A stretch of DNA of 51,189 bases from an uncultured Planctomycetia bacterium (lineage in GTDB: Bacteria; Omnitrophota; Gorgyraeia; Duberdicusellales; 4484-171): positions 1 to 51,189 of the forward strand of contig CAZHVO010000002.1 in assembly GCA_964536195.1 (NCBI GenBank). The letters run 5' to 3'. Made by a program: the position numbers and the translations under genes. Numbering within the stretch: position 1 is the stretch's first letter; every line of letters starts with the position of its first letter. Positions 25,881-34,776 of the stretch are shown here, in pieces. Below the pieces are notes generated by a model. That model was not told the DNA's origin and did no database searches. It saw only the letters and a list, made by a program, of their open reading frames with translations.

Positions 25881-26767
25881 TGTTCAAATAATCCTGTTAA
25901 GTTCTTGTAAGTAATTTTCTCTCTTGTTTGGGAACCAAGCTCATCTAAAGCTCTAAGGCTATCACCGACATCCGAATTAACCGGATAGTCTGAACCCCAA
26001 AGAATATGGTCTTGGCCAAATAAATCTAAAGCTAACTTTATATTGCCGACAGAAGCCCCTGAGGTATCGACATATACTTCTTTTAGAATTTCAGAAGGCA
26101 ACCGGCCTAAATCTTTAACTATCTCTCTTTTGCGTAACATTGTATAAACTCTATCGAATCTGTCTTTTAAGAAAGGGACAACTCCGCCTAAAGATGCCAG
26201 AATAAACTTTACCTTAAACTTATCTAGCACTCCCTGCATCATAAGGAGTCCGAGAAAAATAGATGTATCTAAACTGTACTCTAAAACCGGCGTAAGCAAG
26301 GGATCTTTTACTCTGTCGTAACCAATAGGATTAATTGTTTGAGCGTGAATGAAGATCGGTAAGCCATGGTTCTCGGCTGCTTCAAATAAAGGGAAAAGCT
26401 TATCAACTATAAACTCACCATCATAGCTTGAGGCCAGATTTATTGCTCTAAACCCTCTCCTTCTTAATTGGGCTAACTCTCTAGAAATATTGTTTAAGTT
26501 CTCTACATCAACTAGACAAGCTGCAATTATCTTAGAATTCTCCTTTAAAATCTTCTCTAACTCCCTATTGTAAATCTCACTAACCCTCTTAAAACCACCT
26601 AATTTAAGGTGAGCATCAGTAGAAGGATAGACTAGGAGAGCCTTATCAATTTTGCTACTATCTAAAAATTCATAGAGCTTATCCTTATTAGCCCAAATAC
26701 CCTTGTAAAAGGTAGTCTGGCTTGAGAGCTCCTCGGGGATAAGGTGGATATGGCTATCAGCTAACAT
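25877..26767 (-). CDS. Amidohydrolase-2 (PF04909-like) family protein; possible non-oxidative decarboxylase or hydrolase
   Basis: N-terminal DSHIHL, internal IHAQ and C-terminal WGSDYP are the metal ligand pattern of the ACMSD/LigW-type TIM-barrel family. Confidence 0.65.
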   Translation of the reverse strand: MLADSHIHLIPEELSSQTTFYKGIWANKDKLYEFLDSSKIDKALLVYPSTDAHLKLGGFKRVSEIYNRELEKILKENSKIIAACLVDVENLNNISRELAQLRRRGFRAINLASSYDGEFIVDKLFPLFEAAENHGLPIFIHAQTINPIGYDRVKDPLLTPVLEYSLDTSIFLGLLMMQGVLDKFKVKFILASLGGVVPFLKDRFDRVYTMLRKREIVKDLGRLPSEILKEVYVDTSGASVGNIKLALDLFGQDHILWGSDYPVNSDVGDSLRALDELGSQTREKITYKNLTGLFEQ

Positions 26768-26770
26768 AAC

Positions 26771-28231
26771 CTATACGTGCTTCTCTCCCTTGATTGCACC
26801 CTCTTCCCACTTAGTTACGCCCTTCATTACATCTTGAAAGCACAACTTAGCTAAAGGGTCAAAATTACTAGTCATAATCCTCTGGATTCGCCCTGGTTTT
26901 GAGAAAAACTCTCTCATACACCAGGCCCCTAATCTTCCATAATCTTCCAAGCTAAGGTGTTCTGTGGCCATTACCGGGTGTAAGAAATCCCACTTAAGAA
27001 AATCAATCTTTTTAGGATCGATCTGGCCTTTTTTCATCCTTTGTCTCCAAATTGGCGAGTTTGGTGCTGGAGTAACATAGCCTATCCACAAAATATCGGG
27101 ATCAACCTGATCAGTAAACTCAAACCTTTGTTTTATGATAGCTTCAGTATCATCATCAAAACCCATCATAATATCGGCAACAATAGCGATATTGTTCTTA
27201 CGCAGAATTTCAATGGTCTTCTTTATCTGATCAATAGTTATACCCTTAGCAATTTTCTTTAACTCTGAAGCGGTAGTGACTTCTATTCCAAATACTCCGG
27301 TAAACAAACCAGACTCTTTCATCAAAGGTAAAATCTCTTCACAATTAACCCAATCAATGGCCCTGCCTAAAGAAACCCATTTAATCGGGTTTTCTTTCTC
27401 TATTTTCATCCGACAAAACTTCTCTACTCGTTTAGCGTCGACATTAAAATTATCATCCTGAATTACTACTACCTTAACCCCATACTCTCTATGAAGCACT
27501 TCCAACTCCTCAATTACCCTTTCCGGAGATTTTGCTCGCCATTTTAAAAAGTCTTCGGGGTGCCTAGGATCATACTGGTCCCACTCATAGCAAAAGGTAC
27601 AAGCTGAAGGGCATCCTCGCGAAGTTACCATCTCAACAAATGGTTTCCAGTGAGTATGTCCAACATATTTATCCATCGGGAATAAATCATAGGCTGGAAG
27701 CGGTAATTTATCTAAATCCATATTCAAAAGTCTATGCGGACCCAAAACAGCTTCACCATCCACTCGCGAGCTCACTCCGGCAATATCCTTCGTCTGTTCT
27801 GATTTATCTAATCGATTAATTAAATCACAAAAAGCTTCTTCTTCCCCCATAACTACATAATCTATTGCCGGATTACTTTCTAAGGTCGGTACCGGCATTG
27901 AAGAATACCATAAGCCGCCGACAATTATCTTTGTATTAGGAAGAGCTTCCTTTACTAACTTTGCCGACTGATTAAAATAATGAAGTATAGCAAACCCGCC
28001 ATAGGAGTGAAGCATATCTCCTAAAACAACTATGTCAGGATTTTTTTCCTTCACTTTTTGAACCATTTCCTGGTTTTCTATTTCTAAGGCCTTACAATCT
28101 AAGACCTCTAAATCCTTATAGCCTTTTTCTCTAATATAAGCAGCCCATTGAGCATAAAGTTGATTAGGCCCTAAGTGTTTACCATGGGTTGCCCAAGCGC
28201 CCGATTTTGGTGTTAAGAATAAAATTTTCAT
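26771..28231 (-). CDS. B12-binding-domain radical SAM enzyme (class B)
   Basis: The N-terminal Rossmann-like B12 domain (KILFLTP...DIVVLGD) is followed by SRGCPSACTFCYEW, the CxxxCxxC radical SAM cluster motif. Confidence 0.85.
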   Translation of the reverse strand: MKILFLTPKSGAWATHGKHLGPNQLYAQWAAYIREKGYKDLEVLDCKALEIENQEMVQKVKEKNPDIVVLGDMLHSYGGFAILHYFNQSAKLVKEALPNTKIIVGGLWYSSMPVPTLESNPAIDYVVMGEEEAFCDLINRLDKSEQTKDIAGVSSRVDGEAVLGPHRLLNMDLDKLPLPAYDLFPMDKYVGHTHWKPFVEMVTSRGCPSACTFCYEWDQYDPRHPEDFLKWRAKSPERVIEELEVLHREYGVKVVVIQDDNFNVDAKRVEKFCRMKIEKENPIKWVSLGRAIDWVNCEEILPLMKESGLFTGVFGIEVTTASELKKIAKGITIDQIKKTIEILRKNNIAIVADIMMGFDDDTEAIIKQRFEFTDQVDPDILWIGYVTPAPNSPIWRQRMKKGQIDPKKIDFLKWDFLHPVMATEHLSLEDYGRLGAWCMREFFSKPGRIQRIMTSNFDPLAKLCFQDVMKGVTKWEEGAIKGEKHV

Positions 28232-28262
28232 CTCCCTTTCCTCCTTTTCTTTTGACTTATTA

Positions 28263-29030
28263 TTATTTTTTTGGGTGATCTTGCTTAAACGGTATAACTG
28301 GCTTCATCCAAGGCGTTTGCTGATTTATTACTGCCAACTCTAAAGGGCAGGCATTGCCGCTTTGAGTAAGAGCAAACAAAACTGTATCAGCTATTGTCTC
28401 CGGCTCCATCAATCTCCCGGTTTCCTGAGATATATCTTTTAGCTTACCAGTTAAAGGGGTTCTGGTTACTCCCGGAAATATTGAAGTAACTTTAATCCCA
28501 AAATCGCGCATCTCCCAGAAAAGCCCTTTAGCAAAAGCTCTTAAGGCAACTTTTAAGGAAGTATAGACTATGAAATTACGCGGTGGAGGGTCAACCATAA
28601 CTGAACCACTGGTAATATTTACAATATGCCCGTAGCCAGCATCTTTCATATGGTTAACAACTAAGCGCGAAAGCATAACGTAGCTGTAGTAATTTGTATA
28701 GATAATTTTTTCTATATCCTCTATCGGCTGCTGCCAAAAAGGATATTGGCTTGAGACTCCTGCTCCATTAATAACAATATCAATTTTCCCAAACTTATCT
28801 AAGGTCTTGCTGACTAAATTCTCTAAATCACTCTGCTTGGTAACATCACACTTAACAGAGGAAACTTTATCTTTATCAGGAAGGGACTTCCTGATATCTT
28901 CTAAGACCTCTACCCTTCTGGCAGCAAGAATTAGCTTACAACCTTGGCCAGCTAATTTTTCAACCAGGCTCCTGCCAATCCCACCACTTGCTCCGGTTAT
29001 AATACAAACTTTATCCTGTAACTTATCCAT
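28263..29030 (-). CDS. Short-chain dehydrogenase/reductase; candidate polyketide ketoreductase
   Basis: ITGASGGIGRS, NGAG and the catalytic YTSLK (YxxxK). Confidence 0.8.
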   Translation of the reverse strand: MDKLQDKVCIITGASGGIGRSLVEKLAGQGCKLILAARRVEVLEDIRKSLPDKDKVSSVKCDVTKQSDLENLVSKTLDKFGKIDIVINGAGVSSQYPFWQQPIEDIEKIIYTNYYSYVMLSRLVVNHMKDAGYGHIVNITSGSVMVDPPPRNFIVYTSLKVALRAFAKGLFWEMRDFGIKVTSIFPGVTRTPLTGKLKDISQETGRLMEPETIADTVLFALTQSGNACPLELAVINQQTPWMKPVIPFKQDHPKK

Positions 29031-30168
29031 ATTGCTCCTTTTCTTGCTTTATTACTCTCTTTAAATTAAAACCTAAAAAGAATAGACTTAAACATATTAC
29101 AATAAATAAGGCTTTAAACCCAGCTAAAGATACTAACAGCCCTCCTAGAAAAGCACCCAAGCCCCCGAAGCTAAAACGTAAAGAACTATTTAAACTTGAG
29201 GCATCACGCAGGAGGTTGTCAGGAAAATGAGTAAGATGGGAAGACAAACCAATATGAGAAAGAGCCATGCCTGCCCCCCATAAGGTTATCATTAAACAAA
29301 TTAGCTTATAATCTCTTATAAAGATAAGAGAAAAAGCAAACAGGCTCATTAGAATAAAACCAATGCTGCTTACCTTAATATTTCCGAAACGAGCGCTTAG
29401 GAAGCCTCCGGAAAACTCAAATATTATTGCCGCTAGAGTAGCGACGGTAAAAATTGAACTTATAGCCATCTGGTCGAGAGAAAAACTCTCGCTTAAATAA
29501 ACACCTAAACGTTGCTGCAGGCCATGGTAAAAAAGACTTCCCAACATAATAACAATAAAAAAATTGACCACTTTTTTATTTTTTAGAGTCTTAAGATAGC
29601 TTAACTTAAATTTATCAACTCTGAAATCAAAATCATCAAGATGAGTAAATACTAAAACAAATACTAATAAACTTAAAACAGTTGGTATCAAATATAGAAA
29701 TAATGGCGAACTGGCAAAGAAACCGCTTAAAAACACACTGACAAAACTTGAAAGATATGATAGAGCAAAGAATATTCCAATATATTTGGATCTCTTCTCT
29801 ATAGGAACAGCTTTACCTATAGTAATGAGGGCGACCGGAACAAAACTGCAGCCAAAGCAACCCATAAGAAATCTAAATATAAAAGCTTGCTCTATACTCT
29901 TTGATAAGCTAAAGAATAAAGAGGATATAAAAAATCCTAAAGTTGTAAAAAGAAGGATTTTTTTTACTTTAGCTATCCTTGAAAAAGGACCCCAGATAAG
30001 GGCAAATAATCCATAAGGAAGCATGTAAAGCCAAGTAAGCGGTAAAGCTTGAGTTTTAGCTATCCCGAAATAAACAGCTATTGACGGTATTAGAGCTGCC
30101 ATAGCTCCCACCCCAAAAGATACAGCAAAAAACATCAAACAAAATATATAGAAACTTAACTTAGGCAT
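29023..30168 (-). CDS. MFS transporter
   Basis: About 12 predicted TM helices with the typical hydrophobic periodicity. It overlaps both neighbouring genes. Confidence 0.7.
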   Translation of the reverse strand: MPKLSFYIFCLMFFAVSFGVGAMAALIPSIAVYFGIAKTQALPLTWLYMLPYGLFALIWGPFSRIAKVKKILLFTTLGFFISSLFFSLSKSIEQAFIFRFLMGCFGCSFVPVALITIGKAVPIEKRSKYIGIFFALSYLSSFVSVFLSGFFASSPLFLYLIPTVLSLLVFVLVFTHLDDFDFRVDKFKLSYLKTLKNKKVVNFFIVIMLGSLFYHGLQQRLGVYLSESFSLDQMAISSIFTVATLAAIIFEFSGGFLSARFGNIKVSSIGFILMSLFAFSLIFIRDYKLICLMITLWGAGMALSHIGLSSHLTHFPDNLLRDASSLNSSLRFSFGGLGAFLGGLLVSLAGFKALFIVICLSLFFLGFNLKRVIKQEKEQYG

Positions 30169-30598
30169 TAGCTTCTTTTTCTATTATCTGCTTAAATATC
30201 TTTAGATTATTCTGGGAGTGCTTATTTATTAATCCTTCAACTTGAGAGTCGGTATATTTAGCCTTAACGTCCATAGTAAAATCCTGAACCCAAGTCATTT
30301 CAACTCCGGCCTCTACTTCTCTGTAAAGCCAGATAATTTTCATATACTGAAAAGGAAACATCGGTTCTATTCGGCAAGCATAAGCAAATTTATCTTCCTT
30401 AAAAAGCAGACGAGAAGATTTCCAGCTATTTCCGTCCTTATTGGTAAGCTGAAAAGTAATCTTATTACCTTCTACCGCTAAAACATCTGAGGCTGAATAT
30501 TCATCAAATAGTTCTTTCCAACGGGAAATATCATTGCTAATATCAAATACCTTACTGTATGGTGCATTGATTATGATTGAATTCGCTGTATGTGCCAT
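30161..30598 (-). CDS. SRPBCC-fold polyketide aromatase/cyclase (TcmN ARO/CYC-like)
   Basis: From the internal Met, the sequence MAHTANSIIINAPYSKVFDISNDISRWKELFDEYS...FQYMKIIWLYREVEAGVEMTWVQDFTMD tracks the TcmN N-terminal cyclase sequence as I recall it. The ORF track instead starts 11 codons upstream, at 30631. Confidence 0.75.
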   Translation of the reverse strand: MAHTANSIIINAPYSKVFDISNDISRWKELFDEYSASDVLAVEGNKITFQLTNKDGNSWKSSRLLFKEDKFAYACRIEPMFPFQYMKIIWLYREVEAGVEMTWVQDFTMDVKAKYTDSQVEGLINKHSQNNLKIFKQIIEKEANA

Positions 30599-30617
30599 AA
30601 ATCCTCCTTTGTTAGTT

Positions 30618-31415
30618 TTAGAAAACCGCAACTACCCTTGCCCAAGCAGCACCGGTCTTTATTATTCTTACTGGAAAACAAATAACTTTAAACCCAAAAT
30701 TCGGCAGCTTATCTAAATTAGCTAATCTCTCAATATGGGCAAACTCTCTCTTTCGACCATGAAAATGGGCTGGCCAAAGATGCCGGGGGTCTCTATTCTT
30801 CAGAAAATCCTTGATCATGAACTTATAGGGCCTATCAATACCCATAGTATCTACCCCGAATATCTTTATCCCCTTATCAAGAAGATAATCTATGGCTGAT
30901 GAGTCTATTCCCGGGTAATCACTAAAATACTCAGGCTTGCCATGTAAGTGATCAGAACCAGTATGAATAAGAACAATGTCCATAGGCTTTAAGGTATAAT
31001 TTATCTTCTCTAAAGCCTTTTCTAAATCCTCTTTCTTAATAACCTCATCTGCTCCTTTATCGGTAAGGTCTAACTTTACTCCATCACGGTTACACCACTC
31101 TAAAGGTATCTGGTCAGCTGTCTTTGAAGGCTTACCTTCAGATTTACTCCCGTAGTGAAAGGAATAATCAAGGTGGGTTCCGCTATGCACAGAAGAGTGT
31201 ACTATTTCTAAAGATAAAAACTCTCCATCAGGCAAGTCTTCCCTTCCAATTATTCTCTTACCTAATAAATACTGAATCTTCCCCTTTAGGGTCTTAGCCA
31301 TCAATACCTTATTAAGCTTCTCAACCCCTTGTCTGTGGGATGTTCGTTCAATTTCAAGTTTATGAACCTCAAAGGCTTTATCGTCAATAGGCAAACTTAA
31401 ATCTACTATCTTCAT
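30618..31415 (-). CDS. Cyclase-family (PF04199, kynurenine formamidase-like) metal-dependent enzyme
   Basis: HSGTHLDYSFH matches the HxGTHxDxxxH signature of the family. Confidence 0.75.
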   Translation of the reverse strand: MKIVDLSLPIDDKAFEVHKLEIERTSHRQGVEKLNKVLMAKTLKGKIQYLLGKRIIGREDLPDGEFLSLEIVHSSVHSGTHLDYSFHYGSKSEGKPSKTADQIPLEWCNRDGVKLDLTDKGADEVIKKEDLEKALEKINYTLKPMDIVLIHTGSDHLHGKPEYFSDYPGIDSSAIDYLLDKGIKIFGVDTMGIDRPYKFMIKDFLKNRDPRHLWPAHFHGRKREFAHIERLANLDKLPNFGFKVICFPVRIIKTGAAWARVVAVF

Positions 31416-31433
31416 CTTATCAACCTCTTTAGA

Positions 31434-31667
31434 TTACCCTTTCTTCTTCTCGATTACCCCAACAATCTCATTGAGAGTGGAGAATTTGGTAATCTCATTA
31501 GTCTCAATCTTTACACCAAAGTGCTTATTAAAGGTAACCACTAACTCCACCATCTCTGTTGAGTCAACACCTATAGAGTCATATAATTTCTGGTCTTCTC
31601 CTATCTCGGCCTTTGCTATATCCAAAGTCTTGCTTACAACTTCAAAGACCTCTTCCTTTATACCCAT
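31434..31667 (-). CDS. Acyl carrier protein
   Basis: A 77-aa acidic protein with the phosphopantetheine site GVDSTEMVELV. Confidence 0.85.
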   Translation of the reverse strand: MGIKEEVFEVVSKTLDIAKAEIGEDQKLYDSIGVDSTEMVELVVTFNKHFGVKIETNEITKFSTLNEIVGVIEKKKG

Positions 31668-31676
31668 AAATACCTC

Positions 31677-32912
31677 CTATTTCTTCTCAATGGCTAAAAC
31701 AACATTTATCCCGCCCCGTCCTCTGGCAATAATCAGGGCTTTGTTTATCTTTTTTTGTTTAAGTTTATTTGGGGTGTAATCTAAATCGCAATAAGGGTCA
31801 CTCATTACCTGGTTAATCGTCGGTATTACTGTTGAGTTCTTCATTGAGAAAAGAGTGACAATTAGATCTAGGGCACTTTGAGCGCCTAATAAATTACCAT
31901 AAATACTCTTAGGAGCGCTAAGAGTAATATTTTTTATCTTTTCCCCAAAGACATTTTTTAAGGCCTGGGTCTCAAGATAATCTCCAACTACAGTTGCCTC
32001 ACCATCTAGACAGATGTAGTCTACATCTTCCTTATTCCACTTGGCATCCTCTAAACACTTCTCGATTGCATACTCTAGATCATCTGAACTAGGAGCATAT
32101 CTTGAGTAGTGATAGCCATCGGATGAGAAACCTATCCCTTTAATAAACCCGTAGATAGGAACTCCTCGACTTTTGGCTTTAGATTCTTTCTCTAAGACCA
32201 CTATTCCTGAGCCCTCACCTAAAACAAAACCATCTCTATCTAAATCATAAGGTTTATATGCTGTTTTAGGATTAAGACTATTCTTTGATAAACTACCACA
32301 AGTATTTGCGCTCAATAAAGCGTAAGGAGTAATCGGAGCTTCCATTCCTCCGGCTAATACGAAATCATTTTTATCCTGAGCTATTACCTTAGAACCATAC
32401 CATAAACTCAGAGCTGACGAGGCCTTATCGGCAACTATAGTCTTACTATAGCCTTTAAAGCCATAGTATATAGTGACCTGGCCTTGGGGCGCTGCTGGAA
32501 ACCAGGCTGAAGCCATATAAGGAGAAATTCCTTCCCTACCCTCTATATACATATCTCTTAGCTCAGTCTCAGCAAAAAGCCAGCCGCCAATAGCATTACC
32601 CATAAACACGCCGACTCTATCCTTATCAATTTTTTCTAAATCCATTCCAGCATCATTTATGGCCTGTTCTGAGGCAACTAGAGCCATATGGGAAAAAACA
32701 TCTATCTTCTTGACTAACCTTCCTGAAACATGTGAATAGTGATCAAGCTCATGAACTTGGCCAGCAATCCGAGAAGGATAAAGGCTGGCATCAAATCTCT
32801 TAATCTCATCAACAAAAGATTCACATTTTTTAAGATTAGCCCAAAAAGTCTCTTTTTTCAATCCACAAGGTGAAACTACACCTAGGCCGGTTATTGCAAC
32901 TCTATCACTCAT
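31677..32912 (-). CDS. Ketosynthase beta / chain-length-factor-like subunit (catalytically inactive KS)
   Basis: KS fold, but the active-site Cys position reads VADKASS, where KS-alpha has STGCTAG. The two catalytic His positions read LDGEAT and YGNLLG. Confidence 0.75.
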   Translation of the reverse strand: MSDRVAITGLGVVSPCGLKKETFWANLKKCESFVDEIKRFDASLYPSRIAGQVHELDHYSHVSGRLVKKIDVFSHMALVASEQAINDAGMDLEKIDKDRVGVFMGNAIGGWLFAETELRDMYIEGREGISPYMASAWFPAAPQGQVTIYYGFKGYSKTIVADKASSALSLWYGSKVIAQDKNDFVLAGGMEAPITPYALLSANTCGSLSKNSLNPKTAYKPYDLDRDGFVLGEGSGIVVLEKESKAKSRGVPIYGFIKGIGFSSDGYHYSRYAPSSDDLEYAIEKCLEDAKWNKEDVDYICLDGEATVVGDYLETQALKNVFGEKIKNITLSAPKSIYGNLLGAQSALDLIVTLFSMKNSTVIPTINQVMSDPYCDLDYTPNKLKQKKINKALIIARGRGGINVVLAIEKK

Positions 32913-32915
32913 TGA

Positions 32916-34163
32916 TTACCTCCACCTCTTAAACACAATAGAAGAATGAATTCCAGAAAATCCACTGCTAGTTTTAAGTATATACTCTGGTAAAAGTTGT
33001 CTTTTCTTATTAGGAATATAATCTAAGTCACACTTAGGATCAGGTTCTTCTTGATTAATAGTTGGCGGAAGATATCCTTCCTGGAATATCATGCAACACA
33101 ATACGCTCTCTACAGCATTAGCAGCTGCTAGGGGATGCCCAATCATCGACTTAATCGAACTTATTGGCACCTTATAAGCAAAATCTCCTAAAACTCTTTT
33201 GTAAGCATCAGTTTCAAAGGCATCATTCTGGCGAGTAGATGAGCCGTGAGCATTTATATAACCAATATCCTCATTGTTTATCCCTGAATTCTTTATTGCT
33301 TCCCGCATAGAACGAGCCATAGGCTCACCATCTTCAGGCAAATCAGTCATATGATAAGCATTGCAACTTGTCCCATAGCCGAGAATTTCAGCGTAAATAT
33401 GGGCTCCCCTGGCCTTAGCATGTTCTAATTCTTCTAAAATCAAAATTCCTGCTGCCTCGCTAAGAACAAAACCATTCCTCTTGTTATCAAAAGGACGACT
33501 AGCCTTATGAGGTTGCTGGTTATTTTTAGCTAAAACACTTACTACATCAAAAGCTCCAAAGGTAATCGGCGTAACTGGTGCCTCGGTTGCCCCGGCAATA
33601 ACTAAGTCTTGCCTCCCCTCTTGAATAAGTTCATAAGCAAAGCCTAAAGAATCAGTTCCAGCAGTACAACCGGTTGAAATTGTACAATTTATTCCCTTAG
33701 TCCCATAAATAGCACTTACTTCGGCACTAGGAGTATTAAACATAGCCGCATCGTAAAGATAAGGTCGCCCCTTTCGGGGATCAATCGGATTCTTACCCCA
33801 ATCAGTAACTAATAAAAACTCCTCTTCCATAAAACGGGTTCCGCAAATAGCATTTGCTAAAATCACACCACATCTACGTTTATCTAATTTATTAAGATCT
33901 AGATTGGCATCCTCTATAGCACCCTTAGCCGCGGCAATTCCAAATTGAACATATCTATCCATACGTATATGGTCAGTTATGCCAAACTTTAAGGGGTCAA
34001 AATTTAAATCCTGAGAAGCTATTTGTGAAAGAAATAAACTCACATCAAAATTCTCAACCCTCTCAACACAAGGTTTACCTTCAATCAAATTATTATAAAA
34101 TTCATTCTTTTCTTCTCCGGCGGCAGAAATAACTCCAATTCCAGTAATTACTACTCTCTTCAC
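32916..34163 (-). CDS. Type II PKS ketosynthase alpha
   Basis: Active site CTISTGCTAGTDSLGFAYELIQEG, IAGATEAPVTPITFGAFD, ASRPFDNKRNGFVL, and His motifs INAHGSST and SMIGHPL. FMEEEF..VTD and YLYD are KS-alpha-type rather than FabF-type. Confidence 0.8.
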   Translation of the reverse strand: MKRVVITGIGVISAAGEEKNEFYNNLIEGKPCVERVENFDVSLFLSQIASQDLNFDPLKFGITDHIRMDRYVQFGIAAAKGAIEDANLDLNKLDKRRCGVILANAICGTRFMEEEFLLVTDWGKNPIDPRKGRPYLYDAAMFNTPSAEVSAIYGTKGINCTISTGCTAGTDSLGFAYELIQEGRQDLVIAGATEAPVTPITFGAFDVVSVLAKNNQQPHKASRPFDNKRNGFVLSEAAGILILEELEHAKARGAHIYAEILGYGTSCNAYHMTDLPEDGEPMARSMREAIKNSGINNEDIGYINAHGSSTRQNDAFETDAYKRVLGDFAYKVPISSIKSMIGHPLAAANAVESVLCCMIFQEGYLPPTINQEEPDPKCDLDYIPNKKRQLLPEYILKTSSGFSGIHSSIVFKRWR

Positions 34164-34190
34164 TTATTTTTCCTCCTTAAAATATAAAAG

Positions 34191-34775
34191 TTAATCTTCT
34201 TTTCTGGTAACTTTAAAAATGATATTCCCGCCATCGGGACAGGTAACTGTATCTATAGAGTTTTGATTCTCCATAAAAGGAAACTTTGCTCCAAAATTTA
34301 GAGCAAACAAAGCTGGGAAAGCTACATGCCAGGCTGCCCCGCAAAACCCAGGGATACATTTTAAGCCTTGGGTTTCCCACTTATCCCCAACTTTATAATT
34401 ATAACTACACTTACCCTTAGCTTTAACAACCTCAATAATCATATTCTTAGGATTTGGCCCTTTAAAATCAGGGTCTTTATCAACTACATCAACCTTACCC
34501 TCTTTATTAAAAATCTCAGCCTTAAACTCTAGTTTTCCACCATCAGGGCAAGTTACTAGCAGAGACCTTTGATTATCCCTAAAAGGGAATTTTGCTCCAA
34601 AACTTAGACCGTAAATTACTGGAAATAATGCATGGGCTAGACCTAAACAAAAATGTTTAGGTGGATGAGTGAAATCCTCCAAAATAAGTTCATCACCGAT
34701 CTTGTAGCCATGATAGCAATGGCCGTAGACTTTATTTACTGTAAGTTTTAGTTTAGGAAAAGGTGTTTTAACCAT
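34191..34775 (-). CDS. Tandem-duplicated Cys/His-rich small domain protein (TIGR04076-like)
   Basis: Two ~95-aa halves share Y.(V/I)GD...FC...H..FP....L.FGAKFPF..NQ.S....CPDGG..(F/I)K. Confidence 0.5.
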   Translation of the reverse strand: MVKTPFPKLKLTVNKVYGHCYHGYKIGDELILEDFTHPPKHFCLGLAHALFPVIYGLSFGAKFPFRDNQRSLLVTCPDGGKLEFKAEIFNKEGKVDVVDKDPDFKGPNPKNMIIEVVKAKGKCSYNYKVGDKWETQGLKCIPGFCGAAWHVAFPALFALNFGAKFPFMENQNSIDTVTCPDGGNIIFKVTRKED

Positions 34776-34776
34776 A

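Noticed and set aside
31677-34163. The KS pair as FabF/FabB fatty-acid or aryl-polyene ketosynthases
   Set aside because: KS-alpha motifs (FMEEEF..VTD, STGCTAG, IAGATEAPVTPITFGAFD) and the adjacent TcmN-like ARO/CYC, PF04199 cyclase and dedicated ACP fit type II aromatic PKS better. No dehydratase (FabZ/FabA) or enoyl reductase is present. This still needs a phylogeny to settle.
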